NCBI GenBank assembly: GCA_032128375.1
Contig: JAQBGU010000188.1
Span: 1-64,000 of the forward strand
Length of the DNA: 64,000 nucleotides
Reading direction: 5' to 3'
Source: Deltaproteobacteria bacterium
GTDB taxonomy: Bacteria > Myxococcota_A > UBA9160 > SMWR01
The notes beneath the pieces are model-generated. The model did no database searches and had not been told where the DNA came from. It saw only the letters and a program-made list of their open reading frames with translations. A program made the position numbers and the translations under genes. This document shows positions 9,855 through 20,118 of this stretch, one piece after another (the first letter of the stretch is position 1; every line of letters begins with the position of its first letter).

Positions 9855-10640
9855 TCAGCGGCGCTGCAGCAGGCAGCCTAGCCAGCGCTCTCGCCCGGGC
9901 AGCACGCGCAGCGCGAAGCGCCGGAGCATCCGGTACACCCCATCCTGGGGCGCCTCCACGCGCGTAGCCGCCGGGTTCTCGTGCCGGCCGGAGCTGCTCC
10001 CGAATTGGCTGCAGAGCGGACACTGACGGTTCGGCTTCAGCCTGGGGTAGCCCAGGATTCGATTGCGTAGCCGCGTTCTCAAGATCACGTCCAGCCGCTG
10101 CTTGTGCCCCACCCGAAACCACTCCTTCGGAACGAAATCCCGAAAGGACCGGGCCAGCAGGTCCTCGTCGATGCTGCGGACGTGCCAAGCATCGTGGAAG
10201 ATCGTCCCGCAGTGGGGGCATTGCTGCCGCGCATAGTCCAGGTCTTCGCGATTGGGGACGGTCACCAGGATCCACTCGTTCGCAACGCGCTCGAGTTCGC
10301 GACAGGCCTTCTCGTAGTCGCCCGGCATCATGTGTTCGAGTACCTCGCTCGAGATTACAAGATCGAAGTTGCGGTCCTCGGCGGTAATCTCGACCAGCGA
10401 CGATTGGAAGGTCTCAAACCGGCAATGGGAAAGTGGTGCGGCCGCGAGGTCACAACCCGTGACGGTGTATTTGTCCATGAGCCGATGGCCGAGCGCCCCG
10501 TCGCCGCACCCGCAGTCGAGGATCCGCTTCACGCCGGGCGGGATCCTGGCCTCGATGCCCTCGAAGCGATTCTGCTCGTCGCGCCCGCGTGGCGCGCCCC
10601 AAAGATCGTCCTCATAGTGCCGATGCCCGTTCGATTCCAT
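9855..10640 (-). CDS. Class I SAM-dependent methyltransferase with two CxxC pairs
   Basis: ILDCGCGDG, FDLVISSEVLEH, ILVTVPN; CPHC and CPLC. Confidence 0.88.
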   Translation of the reverse strand: MESNGHRHYEDDLWGAPRGRDEQNRFEGIEARIPPGVKRILDCGCGDGALGHRLMDKYTVTGCDLAAAPLSHCRFETFQSSLVEITAEDRNFDLVISSEVLEHMMPGDYEKACRELERVANEWILVTVPNREDLDYARQQCPHCGTIFHDAWHVRSIDEDLLARSFRDFVPKEWFRVGHKQRLDVILRTRLRNRILGYPRLKPNRQCPLCSQFGSSSGRHENPAATRVEAPQDGVYRMLRRFALRVLPGRERWLGCLLQRR

Positions 10641-11088
10641 GTTCCAATCACCTCCAGACTTCTCGCATCTCGCGCCAATTCGTCTCTTGGACTCACGAAC
10701 AGGTCATGTTGGCATAGATCGTTAGTTCTCATGCCCGATGAGCCGGTGCATGGACGGCGCATAGGAAAAACTCGGCCGGGTGTGACGGTTCTGATGGTCC
10801 TCCAGCCCGGCGCCAGCTCCGCCGAGCTCGTCGAGACCGACCTCCTGGTGCCCGGCGACAGCCTGCTCGTCCACGATACGTTTGCGGGTTTGTTGTGGCT
10901 CGATCTTTCAATGAACCAAGGAGAACCCTACGACTCGATCGCGGGTGGATTCGGGGATCCACGACGACCTGGGCTTTCCTGTACGCCACGGCCGTCGTTG
11001 ATATCCCCGGCGCGCCGGTGTCGGCGCAGCGATCCTCGCGTTCCCCTGCTGGGTGGGCTTCGGGAGCAGGTAGGCTCGGTTCCATTTC

Positions 11089-11843
11089 TTGGATGCCCTC
11101 GCCGCTGGAAGCTCGGTCGGCGCAGTGGTGCGTTCCAGCGATCCTGCTGGGCCCCCGCGGGGTATTGCATTGGCGTGGCCCGTTGTGCCGGTTCATTTGG
11201 ATTTGATCGGCCGATCCAATTTTGCTGTCAAGACACTTTACGACGCGGATGGCAGCATCTACGACGTCGCCTACGAATACAGCGCCCGCTTCGAACCGGT
11301 CTACCGTGAAATCGCGAGCCGGGGGGGCGAAGTGGGCCTCCACATCAGCTACAACGCGCGCGAGAGCGCCGCGCGAATCGGCAACGAGCGGCACGCACTC
11401 GAGCACGCGTCAGGGCAGGCCGTCCGCGGGAGCCGGCATCATTTCTGGCACATGAGCCGTCCTGCGTGGAACACATTGACGGATCACGGGCTAGCGGGAC
11501 TTCACTACGACACTTCGATTGCATTCAACGAGGCACCCGGCTACCGCCTCGGAATCGGCTTTCCGTTTTTCCCATGGGACCCCGAAAACGCGCGGAAAAT
11601 TCCAACGCTTCAGATCCCCACGTTCGTAATGGACAAGAGCCTGTTCCAGTCTCCGAACGCCGATGTACACAGTGCGCGTGCAGAATTCGTCGCGCTGCTC
11701 GAGGAGCTGAAGCGGAATCGGGGCGTCGCAGCGATCGACTGGCACGTCCGGTCGTCGTACCCCGGATCGCGAGCGTTCGAGCAGATGGGGCGGGCCTATC
11801 TGGAGATTCTCGACGTATTGGCAGCCGACTCGGAAGTTGCGGT
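11089..11843 (+). pseudogene. Degraded polysaccharide deacetylase-like gene (duplicate copy, truncated 3' end)
   Basis: GGEVGLHISY, GSRHHFW, LHYDTSIAF, GYRLGIGFPFFPWD. Similarity to 1-240 ends abruptly at 11843. N-terminus unclear. Confidence 0.7.
11604..11843 (+). repeat. Direct repeat of window positions 1-240
   Basis: Aligned by eye at offset 11603, with about 6 substitutions in 240 nt. Confidence 0.95.
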
Positions 11844-11844
11844 T

Positions 11845-12320
11845 GCCATACTTTCGTCCCGAAAAATACATCGATCGATTTCCTGGCCGAAGTGCTTCGC
11901 TGCTAACGAGCGGCTTCGACCCCGAATGGTGGCAAGCGGTCGTCGACGGCGATATCGAGCTCAACGATGAGGAGCGCAGCCACTACATCGCGCTGTACGA
12001 TGCGGAACTCAGCTACCTGGACACGAACTCGACCGCTTGCTCAGCTGGCTCCGACAGCGTCCGGATTGGGACGACATGTTGATCGTGATCACGTCGGATC
12101 ACGGCGAGGCTCTCGGCGATCATGCTGGGCTCGCTCTATCACATCGAACGCGACCCAGCCGAGACACTCGATTTGAGTGTTGCCGAAAGCAGGATCGGAT
12201 TTCGACTCCAGAAGACACTGAACGAAAGGCGGCACAAGGTCGATCGCCCCACGACACCGACACCAAATCTATCGGGGGAGTTGTCGGATCAACTGAAGGC
12301 GCTGGGTTACGCGGAATCGA
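11845..12320 (+). pseudogene. Internally deleted, frameshifted paralogue of the sulfatase at 386-2434
   Basis: 11845-12133 aligns with 1645-1934 (PYF...YDAELSYLD...ITSDHGE) and 12134-12320 with 2249-2434 (LYH...LKALGY). There is a 1-nt deletion near 12024. Confidence 0.9.
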
Positions 12321-12478
12321 TTTGCAAAACGAAGTATCTGAAAGCGTCTTCCGACCAGCTTCAAACCGGTCACTCCTTCATCGGTTCAGGATTTCTGCCG
12401 CAGAACAAGCGCGGGGCCACTCGAGGACAGCGGCGCTAGGCTTTGTGGATCTACGACGCACCACCGGGAAGGAGCGAG

Positions 12479-13711
12479 ATGATCCTGTATGTGAGATCCG
12501 AGCGGGGCGCTCACTCCCAACGACCCAGTCGCAAATTGCTCTCGATTCATCAGACCTGGCGAAGCATGGGCTTCGAGGTGGAACTCATCTGCGGAGAGGA
12601 CGTATACGGCCCGCTCACTGACGAGTCGGCTGGCAACAAGCGCACGACGCCGATCCAACTTCGCTCGAACCCAGGACTAACGGGGATCCAGGCGCCCCTC
12701 GTGCATTCGGTTGCCGAGTACCGCGACATCCGTCACGACGGGCTGCTGAAGGCACTCATGTTGAAACGGCTGGCCGGACGGAAACCACAAGTCATCTGGC
12801 ACCGCGCCAGCCGGCTGCATCTCGCGCCTCTGCTCGTCGCCCAACAGCTGGGTGTTCCCTACGTGCTGGAATGGATCGATCGACTGGTCTCGTACAATTT
12901 TTCGCTCTTTCACCAAAAGGCGGTCGCTGCGGACAGTCGTCGTATGCGAGAGGCACTCCGTGTGATCGTCGTCTCCCAACGATGGAAAGAAGATGTTGTG
13001 GATGAATACGGGATCCCGCCCGACCGCATTCTTGTGAGTCACAACGCAGTAGACGCCGATCAGTTCACCCGCGATCCCGAGGCGGGCGCCCGCGTTCGCC
13101 TCGGGATCGGAATCCCTCCCAACGCACTCGTGATGGGTTTCGTAGGCAAGTACAACTGGCACCACAACGCCCATCTGATGCCCCAAGCTGCTGCAATGCT
13201 CCGCAAGGAGACGAACGCGCCGATCTATTGGCTGATGGTGGGTGACGGCCCCCACCGCGCCCACATGGAAGCTGTCGCAAACGAGCTGGGCGTCGACGAC
13301 ATCGTTCTGCGCCAGGGATCGGTTTCGCACAACGACGTCCCGGCCTGGATGTCGGCGATGGACGCCGGTGTCGTTCCAGTCAGTGGAGGCGAGATCATCT
13401 GCCCGATCAAGGTTCCGGAGTACATGGCGGCCGGCCTGTGCCCCGTCGTCGCAGACGGCGCCGCCAACCGCGAAGTCATCGAAGCGGGACGCACCGGAAT
13501 CCTGTTTCGCTCCGGAGATGCCCGGTCGATGGCCGACGCAGTTCGGAAACTCTCCGACGCTCCCAGGCTCGTGGGGCGCCTGGGGAGTGCGGCTCGAGCG
13601 GAAGTCGAGAAACGATTCTCGTGGCGAGCCACCTGGGGCCAGGCGCTGCTCGATGTACTGGCAGCGGTCGCGGAGGGAGATACACCGCCAGCCGGACCTG
13701 CCCGGAACTGA
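12479..13711 (+). CDS. Glycosyltransferase family 4
   Basis: NAVD, GFVG, MVGDGP, PIKVPEYMAAG, RFSW. Confidence 0.9.
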   Translation: MILYVRSERGAHSQRPSRKLLSIHQTWRSMGFEVELICGEDVYGPLTDESAGNKRTTPIQLRSNPGLTGIQAPLVHSVAEYRDIRHDGLLKALMLKRLAGRKPQVIWHRASRLHLAPLLVAQQLGVPYVLEWIDRLVSYNFSLFHQKAVAADSRRMREALRVIVVSQRWKEDVVDEYGIPPDRILVSHNAVDADQFTRDPEAGARVRLGIGIPPNALVMGFVGKYNWHHNAHLMPQAAAMLRKETNAPIYWLMVGDGPHRAHMEAVANELGVDDIVLRQGSVSHNDVPAWMSAMDAGVVPVSGGEIICPIKVPEYMAAGLCPVVADGAANREVIEAGRTGILFRSGDARSMADAVRKLSDAPRLVGRLGSAARAEVEKRFSWRATWGQALLDVLAAVAEGDTPPAGPARN

Positions 13712-13717
13712 TTCCAG

Positions 13718-14827
13718 GTGACCGGCACGCAAAGACGACTGCGGGCTTTGGCCGCGAACCTGTTGCTCATGTCGGTCGCGTTACTGGCCACGCTGGCGGC
13801 TCTCGAGCTTGGCGTGCGCTTACTCGTCGACATGAACGCGCAGCAACCCCTCGGCGTGAGGGACGTGAATCTGCAGACGAAGCTCTCGTTCCTGCCCAAT
13901 CGCACGCGGACCTACGAGACCGAGGAATTTCGCTTCACTGTATCTACGAACCGCTTCGGCAGGCGTGACATCGATTGGACGCCCACTACGTTGGCCGATC
14001 CCCAGAACCTGCTGATCATCGGTGACTCCTTCGTGCTCGGAAATGCCGTCGAGAACGAGTCGACCATCCCGAGCCAACTCGAGGCGATCTACGCAGAAGC
14101 GGGTCGCCCGGTCGAAGTATTCAACTTCGGTATGCCCGGGGCCGCCATCACCCAGTACAAGCTCAACTTGGAGGAAGCGCTCGGCCTCGGTGTAAAGGCG
14201 CGAACGGTGCTGATCAACATCTTCGTCGGAAACGACTTCGACCCCAACTACCTACCTTCCACGCGGAAGGCTTTGGACAATTCCCCCGAGCAGGCGAAGC
14301 CTCGCGACAGCAGCTGGCTCCCGCGCTCGTCGCTGCTCCGGTTCGCCAAAGCGCGCGCATCACAGTCGCCGCGCCTGGTCGGATACTTGTTGAAGATCGG
14401 TCAGCTCATCGGCGTGCGGCTCTACAGCACCCCGGCCGCTTACGTGTTCTTTCGCCAGCAGACGCCGGAGCAGGAAGCGAATTTTCGTCGGATGCTCGAG
14501 GTCATCAGCGAGATCAAGAACTTGTGCGACACCCACAACCGCGACCTCTTCGTGATCGCGTTCCCCAATCGGATCCAGGTCGAGAACCGCGAGGATCTTT
14601 CGAGCGCCGCATACGAGGCAGAAAAGCCCAATCGATTGATTCTCGAGTACTGTGCGGAGATCGGGGTTCGCTGTCTCGACCTACTGCCCGCAATGGCGTC
14701 GGAATACGAGCGGACCCAGCAGCCGCTGTTCTATCCCGTGGATCGACATCCCAACGAGAAGGGCTACCGCCTCGCCGCGGAGGCCATCGCCGGTTTCGTA
14801 GCGAACCAGGAGCCTGACCCGTCTTGA
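13718..14827 (+). CDS. Membrane-anchored SGNH/GDSL protein (AlgX/AlgJ-like O-acyltransferase or esterase)
   Basis: N-terminal TM, IGDSFV, NFGMPG, FVGND, DRHPNEKGY. Confidence 0.85.
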   Translation: MTGTQRRLRALAANLLLMSVALLATLAALELGVRLLVDMNAQQPLGVRDVNLQTKLSFLPNRTRTYETEEFRFTVSTNRFGRRDIDWTPTTLADPQNLLIIGDSFVLGNAVENESTIPSQLEAIYAEAGRPVEVFNFGMPGAAITQYKLNLEEALGLGVKARTVLINIFVGNDFDPNYLPSTRKALDNSPEQAKPRDSSWLPRSSLLRFAKARASQSPRLVGYLLKIGQLIGVRLYSTPAAYVFFRQQTPEQEANFRRMLEVISEIKNLCDTHNRDLFVIAFPNRIQVENREDLSSAAYEAEKPNRLILEYCAEIGVRCLDLLPAMASEYERTQQPLFYPVDRHPNEKGYRLAAEAIAGFVANQEPDPS

Positions 14828-14849
14828 TTCGGGACCGGACCGACTTGCT

Positions 14850-15266
14850 CTACGTCGTCGTCGTATCCAGCGCGTACAGCGCGCACAGCTGCGCTTCAGT
14901 GCGCGACAGTGTCCAACCGTGCAATCGAAGTGTTCGACCTTCGCCGTACTCCATTCGGATCCGATCGCGCAGTCGGCATCTGAGATCGGCATCCGAGAGA
15001 TCACTCGAAGGTCGGCCGACCGAGGCCGCGAGGTCGTCGATCAGGTCGATGTCGGCCTGCGGGACCAGCGCCAGATAGGCGCTCCCGACGATTGCAGCAC
15101 TCTTGGGTGAGCGTAGCTGCCTTCGCCAGCGCGCCGCTTCTCTTCCCCGGCGGTGTAGATCATCGACCGACGCCATGGCGCGCGGCCAGGGCCATGAGAT
15201 CGCAGCCAGGGAACCGACGACGAGCGTAAGACAGCGCCTTCGTGTCAACTGTAGCCAATCGCTCAT
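14850..15266 (-). CDS. Small twin-arginine signal protein, partner of the GMC oxidoreductase
   Basis: LTRRRCL followed by a hydrophobic stretch; C-terminal GRTLRLHGWTLSRTEAQLCAL; ATGA overlap with the GMC stop. Confidence 0.7.
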   Translation of the reverse strand: MSDWLQLTRRRCLTLVVGSLAAISWPWPRAMASVDDLHRRGREAARWRRQLRSPKSAAIVGSAYLALVPQADIDLIDDLAASVGRPSSDLSDADLRCRLRDRIRMEYGEGRTLRLHGWTLSRTEAQLCALYALDTTTT

Positions 15267-16855
15267 GCCAACTCTCCCTTGATGTGATCGGCGAGCCGCA
15301 CGGCCAACGCGACGATCGTCAACGTGGGATTGCACTGCCCGCTCGTCGGGAACACAGAGCTGCCTCCAATGAACAGATTGTGGGTCCCGAAGACCTTGCA
15401 GTTCGGATCGACGACCCCGAATTGGGGATCGGCCGCCATCCGGGTCGTACCCATGTGATGGCAACCTCCAAACAAGTGGTCGATCTCCTGATCCGATTCC
15501 GAAGTCGGCTCGAACTCGAGAAATTTGGCCCGTCCCACACCCTCTCTCGCCAACTCGGCGGCCGCTAGCTGTTGGCCTCGCAGCAGAGCTTCCAGATCAC
15601 GCACGGAGATATGCCAGTCGAGTTTCGATCGGGGCACCCCGAGTGGATCGAGTTCATCGCCGAGCGTCACTCGGTTGTCCGGGTTGGGCTCCTGTTCGAC
15701 CCGCGTCGTGATGCGATAGACCCAACCCTCTATGGGCTGGTTGGTCCGTCGCCGATAGATCTGCTCAGCGACGTCATCGAAGTCGGCGATGATATTCCAC
15801 AGGTGCGTCGCGAAATGGTCGGGGAGAACGCCGTCGTCCTTGATCGATTTGAGGACGATCTTCGCGGAGTCGACCCCCGGCGCCACATCTTCCGAGAACG
15901 TGTGATTGAAATACAAACTGAAGCCGGGAAGCTTCGCCGCGCGACGACTCTCTGCTGATAGGCGGACGAAACCGTGCGCCCGCGTGCCATGCATCGGGCG
16001 CTTCGCGCTGTAGAAGGAGAAATCGTAGTCGGGGTCAGAGATCATGAAGCGCCCGAGGTTTTGATTGATGTGCTCCATGAAGAAGCGCCCGACGAGATCG
16101 CGAGCGTTGCCAATCCCGTTTTGTCTCGAGCTGCGTGAAGCGAGCAGGACCCGCGGGTTCTCGATCCCACCGACGCACAGCGCAAAGACCTTGGCGTTGA
16201 CGGAGAATTTGTTGCCCGCCAACGTTTTGACTCGGGCACTCTGGATCCGATCCGAATCCGGCGCAAACTCGAGCTCCGTCAAGTTGGCCCATTGCATCAC
16301 GCGGGTATTGTCGGAACGCTCGATGACCTCGCGATACTTGTGCCCGAACACCGCCCTTGGAGTCCCGATCTGGATCGTGCGATTTTCCAGCACGCCGTGG
16401 CTGAACTCCAATGGCTCGCCGCCGGGCGTCGTCCAGTACGAGAGATCGTCGTACTGGTATGGACCCAACCCCGCCAAGACGTGTGCGCGCGCGTAGACCG
16501 AATCGAGCGACGCCCTCGGGATGGGCCAGCCGCTATGCGGAATCCACGGACGGACTTCGAAGTCCTCGATATCGAATGTGCTGCACCAATTCGACCAGTG
16601 GTTCGTGGTCCCGCCATAGTATCGAAGCCGGCACCCCTCCAATGGATAGTAGGAGCGCCCGACGTTTTCGCCGCGATACAGGTTTTGCGTCTCGAGGTCG
16701 AAACCATCTCCGCCGGACTCGAGTAGAACTACCCGAAAATTCTGCTCCTGGAACTCGCGTGCCAGCGTGATTCCAGCGGCGCCACCGCCAATAATGCAGA
16801 CGTCGGTTTCCACCGCCTCGCCCTCGGCGATTGTCCGGCTGTCCACGAACCCCAC
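15263..16855 (-). CDS. GMC-family FAD-dependent oxidoreductase
   Basis: DVCIIGGGAAG, GGTTNHW, GGIENPRVLL, VGRFFMEH, HHMGTTRM, NPTLTIVALA. GTG start follows GGGAGG. Confidence 0.92.
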   Translation of the reverse strand: MGFVDSRTIAEGEAVETDVCIIGGGAAGITLAREFQEQNFRVVLLESGGDGFDLETQNLYRGENVGRSYYPLEGCRLRYYGGTTNHWSNWCSTFDIEDFEVRPWIPHSGWPIPRASLDSVYARAHVLAGLGPYQYDDLSYWTTPGGEPLEFSHGVLENRTIQIGTPRAVFGHKYREVIERSDNTRVMQWANLTELEFAPDSDRIQSARVKTLAGNKFSVNAKVFALCVGGIENPRVLLASRSSRQNGIGNARDLVGRFFMEHINQNLGRFMISDPDYDFSFYSAKRPMHGTRAHGFVRLSAESRRAAKLPGFSLYFNHTFSEDVAPGVDSAKIVLKSIKDDGVLPDHFATHLWNIIADFDDVAEQIYRRRTNQPIEGWVYRITTRVEQEPNPDNRVTLGDELDPLGVPRSKLDWHISVRDLEALLRGQQLAAAELAREGVGRAKFLEFEPTSESDQEIDHLFGGCHHMGTTRMAADPQFGVVDPNCKVFGTHNLFIGGSSVFPTSGQCNPTLTIVALAVRLADHIKGELA

Positions 16856-17021
16856 GATCTTCCTCCCTGTTGCGGTTCCGAAGCTAGCATGAGCCACGGG
16901 TCGAAGCGGTAGAGCGCCAGCCTTCTGCTGGCGTCAGCGCTGAATCATTGAATAGACATTCTCCGCTGGATTCCGGTTCAGCTACCCGCTTACCCGACAA
17001 CACCCCTTCAACCGGCAAGCC

Positions 17022-18311
17022 TTGCGCAAGTCGACTCGAGGCGCGTTGAAGCCTTCGCCGTTGAGCAGGCGGGCCGCGTCCACTCATCTCTTCGGAGATC
17101 TGATAACCTCGACATGGCGAAAACGCTACTGGAACTGCCTAGCTCGGGTTGTGGGGAATCTCTTCTTGGGTGCACAAGCGCCGAGTCGTGTGGCGGAGCA
17201 AACCTCGGGCGCTTCGCTCGATCTGACCTGGCTGCTGCTGGGAGGGGCTCTGGCGGGCGCCTTCCTGTATCTCCGGTTCAGCGATCTGGCAACGAATATC
17301 GATGAATTCCCAGAGGGCACGGGCGGCTATTTCGCACGCTACGAAGACAGCCCGATCCACTGCAGGTCGATCGAAGACGCACAAGAGTGTCTCGAGGGTC
17401 TGGGCGCGCGGGGCGCGAAGAACGCGGCACTGTGGCTCGGCAACTCTCAGCTTCACGCGGTCAACCAGCACCAACGGGGCGAGCGCCACGCCCCGGACCT
17501 GCTCGCTCAGAGGCTCCGTGAACGAGGACTCGACCTCTTGACCTTCAGTCAGCCCAACGGAAATGTGCTCGAGCACTTGTTGCTGTTCACCTATCTGCGC
17601 CAGCGAATGCCCTTGCGTGTTCTACTGCTTCCAATGGTGTTCAACGCGTTCCGCGAGGGGGGGGTACGCACCTCGATCACCCCCGCCTTCGCAGACCCGC
17701 AGACCGTGACGATTCTTCAGGAACACGAAATCGGCCGGCAACTTCTCGCGGATCACAGCGAAGCCGCAAGCCAGGACTTCGCTGCGTTGAAGCAGACCGT
17801 ACAGGAGCGATCGGAGGCAGCCCTGACGAACTGGCTCACCGAGCACTCGGTGCTGTGGCAGCTGCGCCCCGACGCACGAAGTGCGCTCTATCATCTGACG
17901 ATGGATCTGCGCAACGTCGCTTTCGGCATTACTCCGCAGTCGAAGCGCCACATGATACCGGGCCTCTACGGGCGCAACATGGCGGCGGCGACGGCGATCC
18001 TCGATCAGGCGCGAGACGCCGGTATACGCGTCGTGATGTATATCTGTCCTGTACGGAGCGACATCGAAATCCCATACGTCGACGACGAGTACGCCCGATT
18101 CAAGAAAGAAGTCGAAGAACTCGCGAGTCTCCATGGCGCAATCTTCGTCAATCTCGAAGACCTGGTGCCGGGCTCACAGTGGGGTGCAAAGGGCGGAGCT
18201 CTGGGCGCGTTGGAACTCGATTTCTCACATTTCCGCGCGAAGGGACACGTGCTCTTGGCGGACGCCCTCGGTGACCTGCTGGAAGACGAGGAGCTCGTAG
18301 CCTCGCCTTGA
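17022..18311 (+). CDS. Membrane-anchored SGNH-like (DltD/AlgJ-type) MBOAT partner; start uncertain
   Basis: One TM, WLGNSQLH and C-terminal DFSH (DxxH). Stop overlaps the MBOAT start. Confidence 0.65.
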   Translation: MRKSTRGALKPSPLSRRAASTHLFGDLITSTWRKRYWNCLARVVGNLFLGAQAPSRVAEQTSGASLDLTWLLLGGALAGAFLYLRFSDLATNIDEFPEGTGGYFARYEDSPIHCRSIEDAQECLEGLGARGAKNAALWLGNSQLHAVNQHQRGERHAPDLLAQRLRERGLDLLTFSQPNGNVLEHLLLFTYLRQRMPLRVLLLPMVFNAFREGGVRTSITPAFADPQTVTILQEHEIGRQLLADHSEAASQDFAALKQTVQERSEAALTNWLTEHSVLWQLRPDARSALYHLTMDLRNVAFGITPQSKRHMIPGLYGRNMAAATAILDQARDAGIRVVMYICPVRSDIEIPYVDDEYARFKKEVEELASLHGAIFVNLEDLVPGSQWGAKGGALGALELDFSHFRAKGHVLLADALGDLLEDEELVASP

Positions 18312-19768
18312 TTTTCAACTCCGCCTCATTCCTGCTGTTCGCCGCCATCGTGATCCCGCTTTACTGGGCGCTCCCACGTGGCCCGCGCCTGTGGCTGATA
18401 TTTCTGTCCAGCCTGATCTTCTACGGCTTCTGGCGCGTCGAGTTCGTCGCGGTGATGCTGTTTTCGACGGTTACCGACTACGGTTGTGCACGGGGGATCC
18501 ACGAGTCCAGCGATCCGCGACGCCGTAAGGCCTACCTTGGGCTGAGTCTGGTCGTCAACCTGGGCCTGCTCTTCTACTTCAAGTACCTGCTGTTCTTCGC
18601 CGACAATGCTGTCGGCTTGATGAACTTGCTGGGTTTCGGTGTCGAGCCGCCTCGGCTGAGCATCGTTCTACCTCTTGGAATCAGCTTCTACACCTTCCAG
18701 ACGATCAGCTACACCGTCGACGTCTATCGCGGCTTCATCAAACCAGAGCGCAACTTCATCCTCTACGGCTGCTACGTCATCTACTTTCCTCAGCTGGTCG
18801 CAGGGCCGATCTTGAGGGCGCGAGAGGTCATCCATCAGTTCGACAAACGAAAACGGTTCGAGCTTCAGGAGTTCACACTGGGTCTGCGTCGTCTGATCTT
18901 CGGGCTGTTCCTCAAGGTTGTATTTGCGGATCACATCGCCCCCCAGGTCGACGTAGGCTTTGCCCAACCGCTCGCGAACATGGGCGCCCTCGATGTCTGG
19001 ACGCTGGCGTTCTTGTTCGGCTTCCAGATCTACTTCGACTTCAGCGCTTACTCGCATATCGCCATCGGTTGTGCACGCATGATGGGGATCGCCTTGCCGG
19101 AGAATTTCGACAATCCCTATTTTTCCACTTCGCCTCGCGATTTCTGGAAACGCTGGCACATCTCGCTCTCCAGCTGGATCCGCGACTACCTGTATCTGCC
19201 TCTGGCCGGGCAGCGAGTGACCGACGATCGGTCGACCGGGGGCTTGGCGCCGGCTCTCGAGGCGTCGGACCGAGACCAGCGCACCCGCGCGCTGTTCCTG
19301 ACCTGGGCGATCATGGGGCTGTGGCACGGCGCCAGCTGGACATTCGTGCTCTGGGGCCTGTACCATGCCACGTTCGTCTACGCGCAGCGCCGCGTCGCGC
19401 CCCTGACCCGCGACCTGTCGCCTCGCCTGCAGTCTCTCGGCGGATGGACACTCACACTGCCCTTGATGATGCTGGCGTGGATCTCCTTCCGCGCCGCAAG
19501 TCTCACCGATGCGCTGGCGATGTACGCGAAGGTCCTCGACCCGAGACTCTACCTGCAGCTTGGCCTGCGCGAGAATACCTACCTGCAGGCGGCCGTCGTG
19601 ATGCTGTGCGTGCTCCTGTCATGGGTGTTCAAGGAAACGACTCTGCCGCTGATCAGTCGGCATCGGGTGCCTTGGGCGATCGCGAATACGCTGGGCTTTG
19701 CGGTCGCAATCGCGTTGGTGTTCGTCCTGCTACGACCGATCAATCAGTTCATCTACTTCCAGTTCTGA
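18308..19768 (+). CDS. MBOAT O-acyltransferase (AlgI/DltB family)
   Basis: MIFNS, LPLGISFYTFQ, FPQLVAGPI, YFDFSAYS, FWKRWHISLSSW, GLWHGA; ends in FIYFQF. Confidence 0.95.
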   Translation: MIFNSASFLLFAAIVIPLYWALPRGPRLWLIFLSSLIFYGFWRVEFVAVMLFSTVTDYGCARGIHESSDPRRRKAYLGLSLVVNLGLLFYFKYLLFFADNAVGLMNLLGFGVEPPRLSIVLPLGISFYTFQTISYTVDVYRGFIKPERNFILYGCYVIYFPQLVAGPILRAREVIHQFDKRKRFELQEFTLGLRRLIFGLFLKVVFADHIAPQVDVGFAQPLANMGALDVWTLAFLFGFQIYFDFSAYSHIAIGCARMMGIALPENFDNPYFSTSPRDFWKRWHISLSSWIRDYLYLPLAGQRVTDDRSTGGLAPALEASDRDQRTRALFLTWAIMGLWHGASWTFVLWGLYHATFVYAQRRVAPLTRDLSPRLQSLGGWTLTLPLMMLAWISFRAASLTDALAMYAKVLDPRLYLQLGLRENTYLQAAVVMLCVLLSWVFKETTLPLISRHRVPWAIANTLGFAVAIALVFVLLRPINQFIYFQF

Positions 19769-20034
19769 GATACCGACTAGCACCGCTCGAACCTCTGGCA
19801 CCTCATGAAGATGAAAGCGACCGAGGTGCCGACCCCGGGATTCTGGCGAGCGCTACCGAGGCACTTACTGGCGGTCTCGCCGTCAGTGGTCTCGATCTCG
19901 GCAGGCTCAGAGTGTGTGCAGCAGACGCCTCCGAGCCTGCCGCCGGCGCCGACCGGACCCATTCGACACCACCCGGCGTGCGATTTGAACGACCCACAAT
20001 CGGAAGCAGCGTTACTTCTCAGTCAACAGTCCCT

Positions 20035-20118
20035 ATTCTCCCATCGTCATTCTCCTATCGTCATTCTCCCATCGTCATTCTCCCATCGTCATTCTCCTAT
20101 CGTCATTCTCCTATCGTC
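20035..20118. repeat. Tandem repeat, 6 x 14 bp ATTCTCC(C/T)ATCGTC
   Basis: Six contiguous units read directly; the variable base runs C,T,C,C,T,T. Intergenic. Confidence 0.97.

Noticed and set aside
10104..11406. Long ORFs 10104-11309 (+) and 10729-11406 (-)
   Set aside because: They overlap the methyltransferase and the deacetylase relic and have no recognisable motifs. They are probably GC-rich shadow frames.
20035..20118. Possible CRISPR array
   Set aside because: The units are contiguous 14-mers with no spacers, and there are no cas genes.
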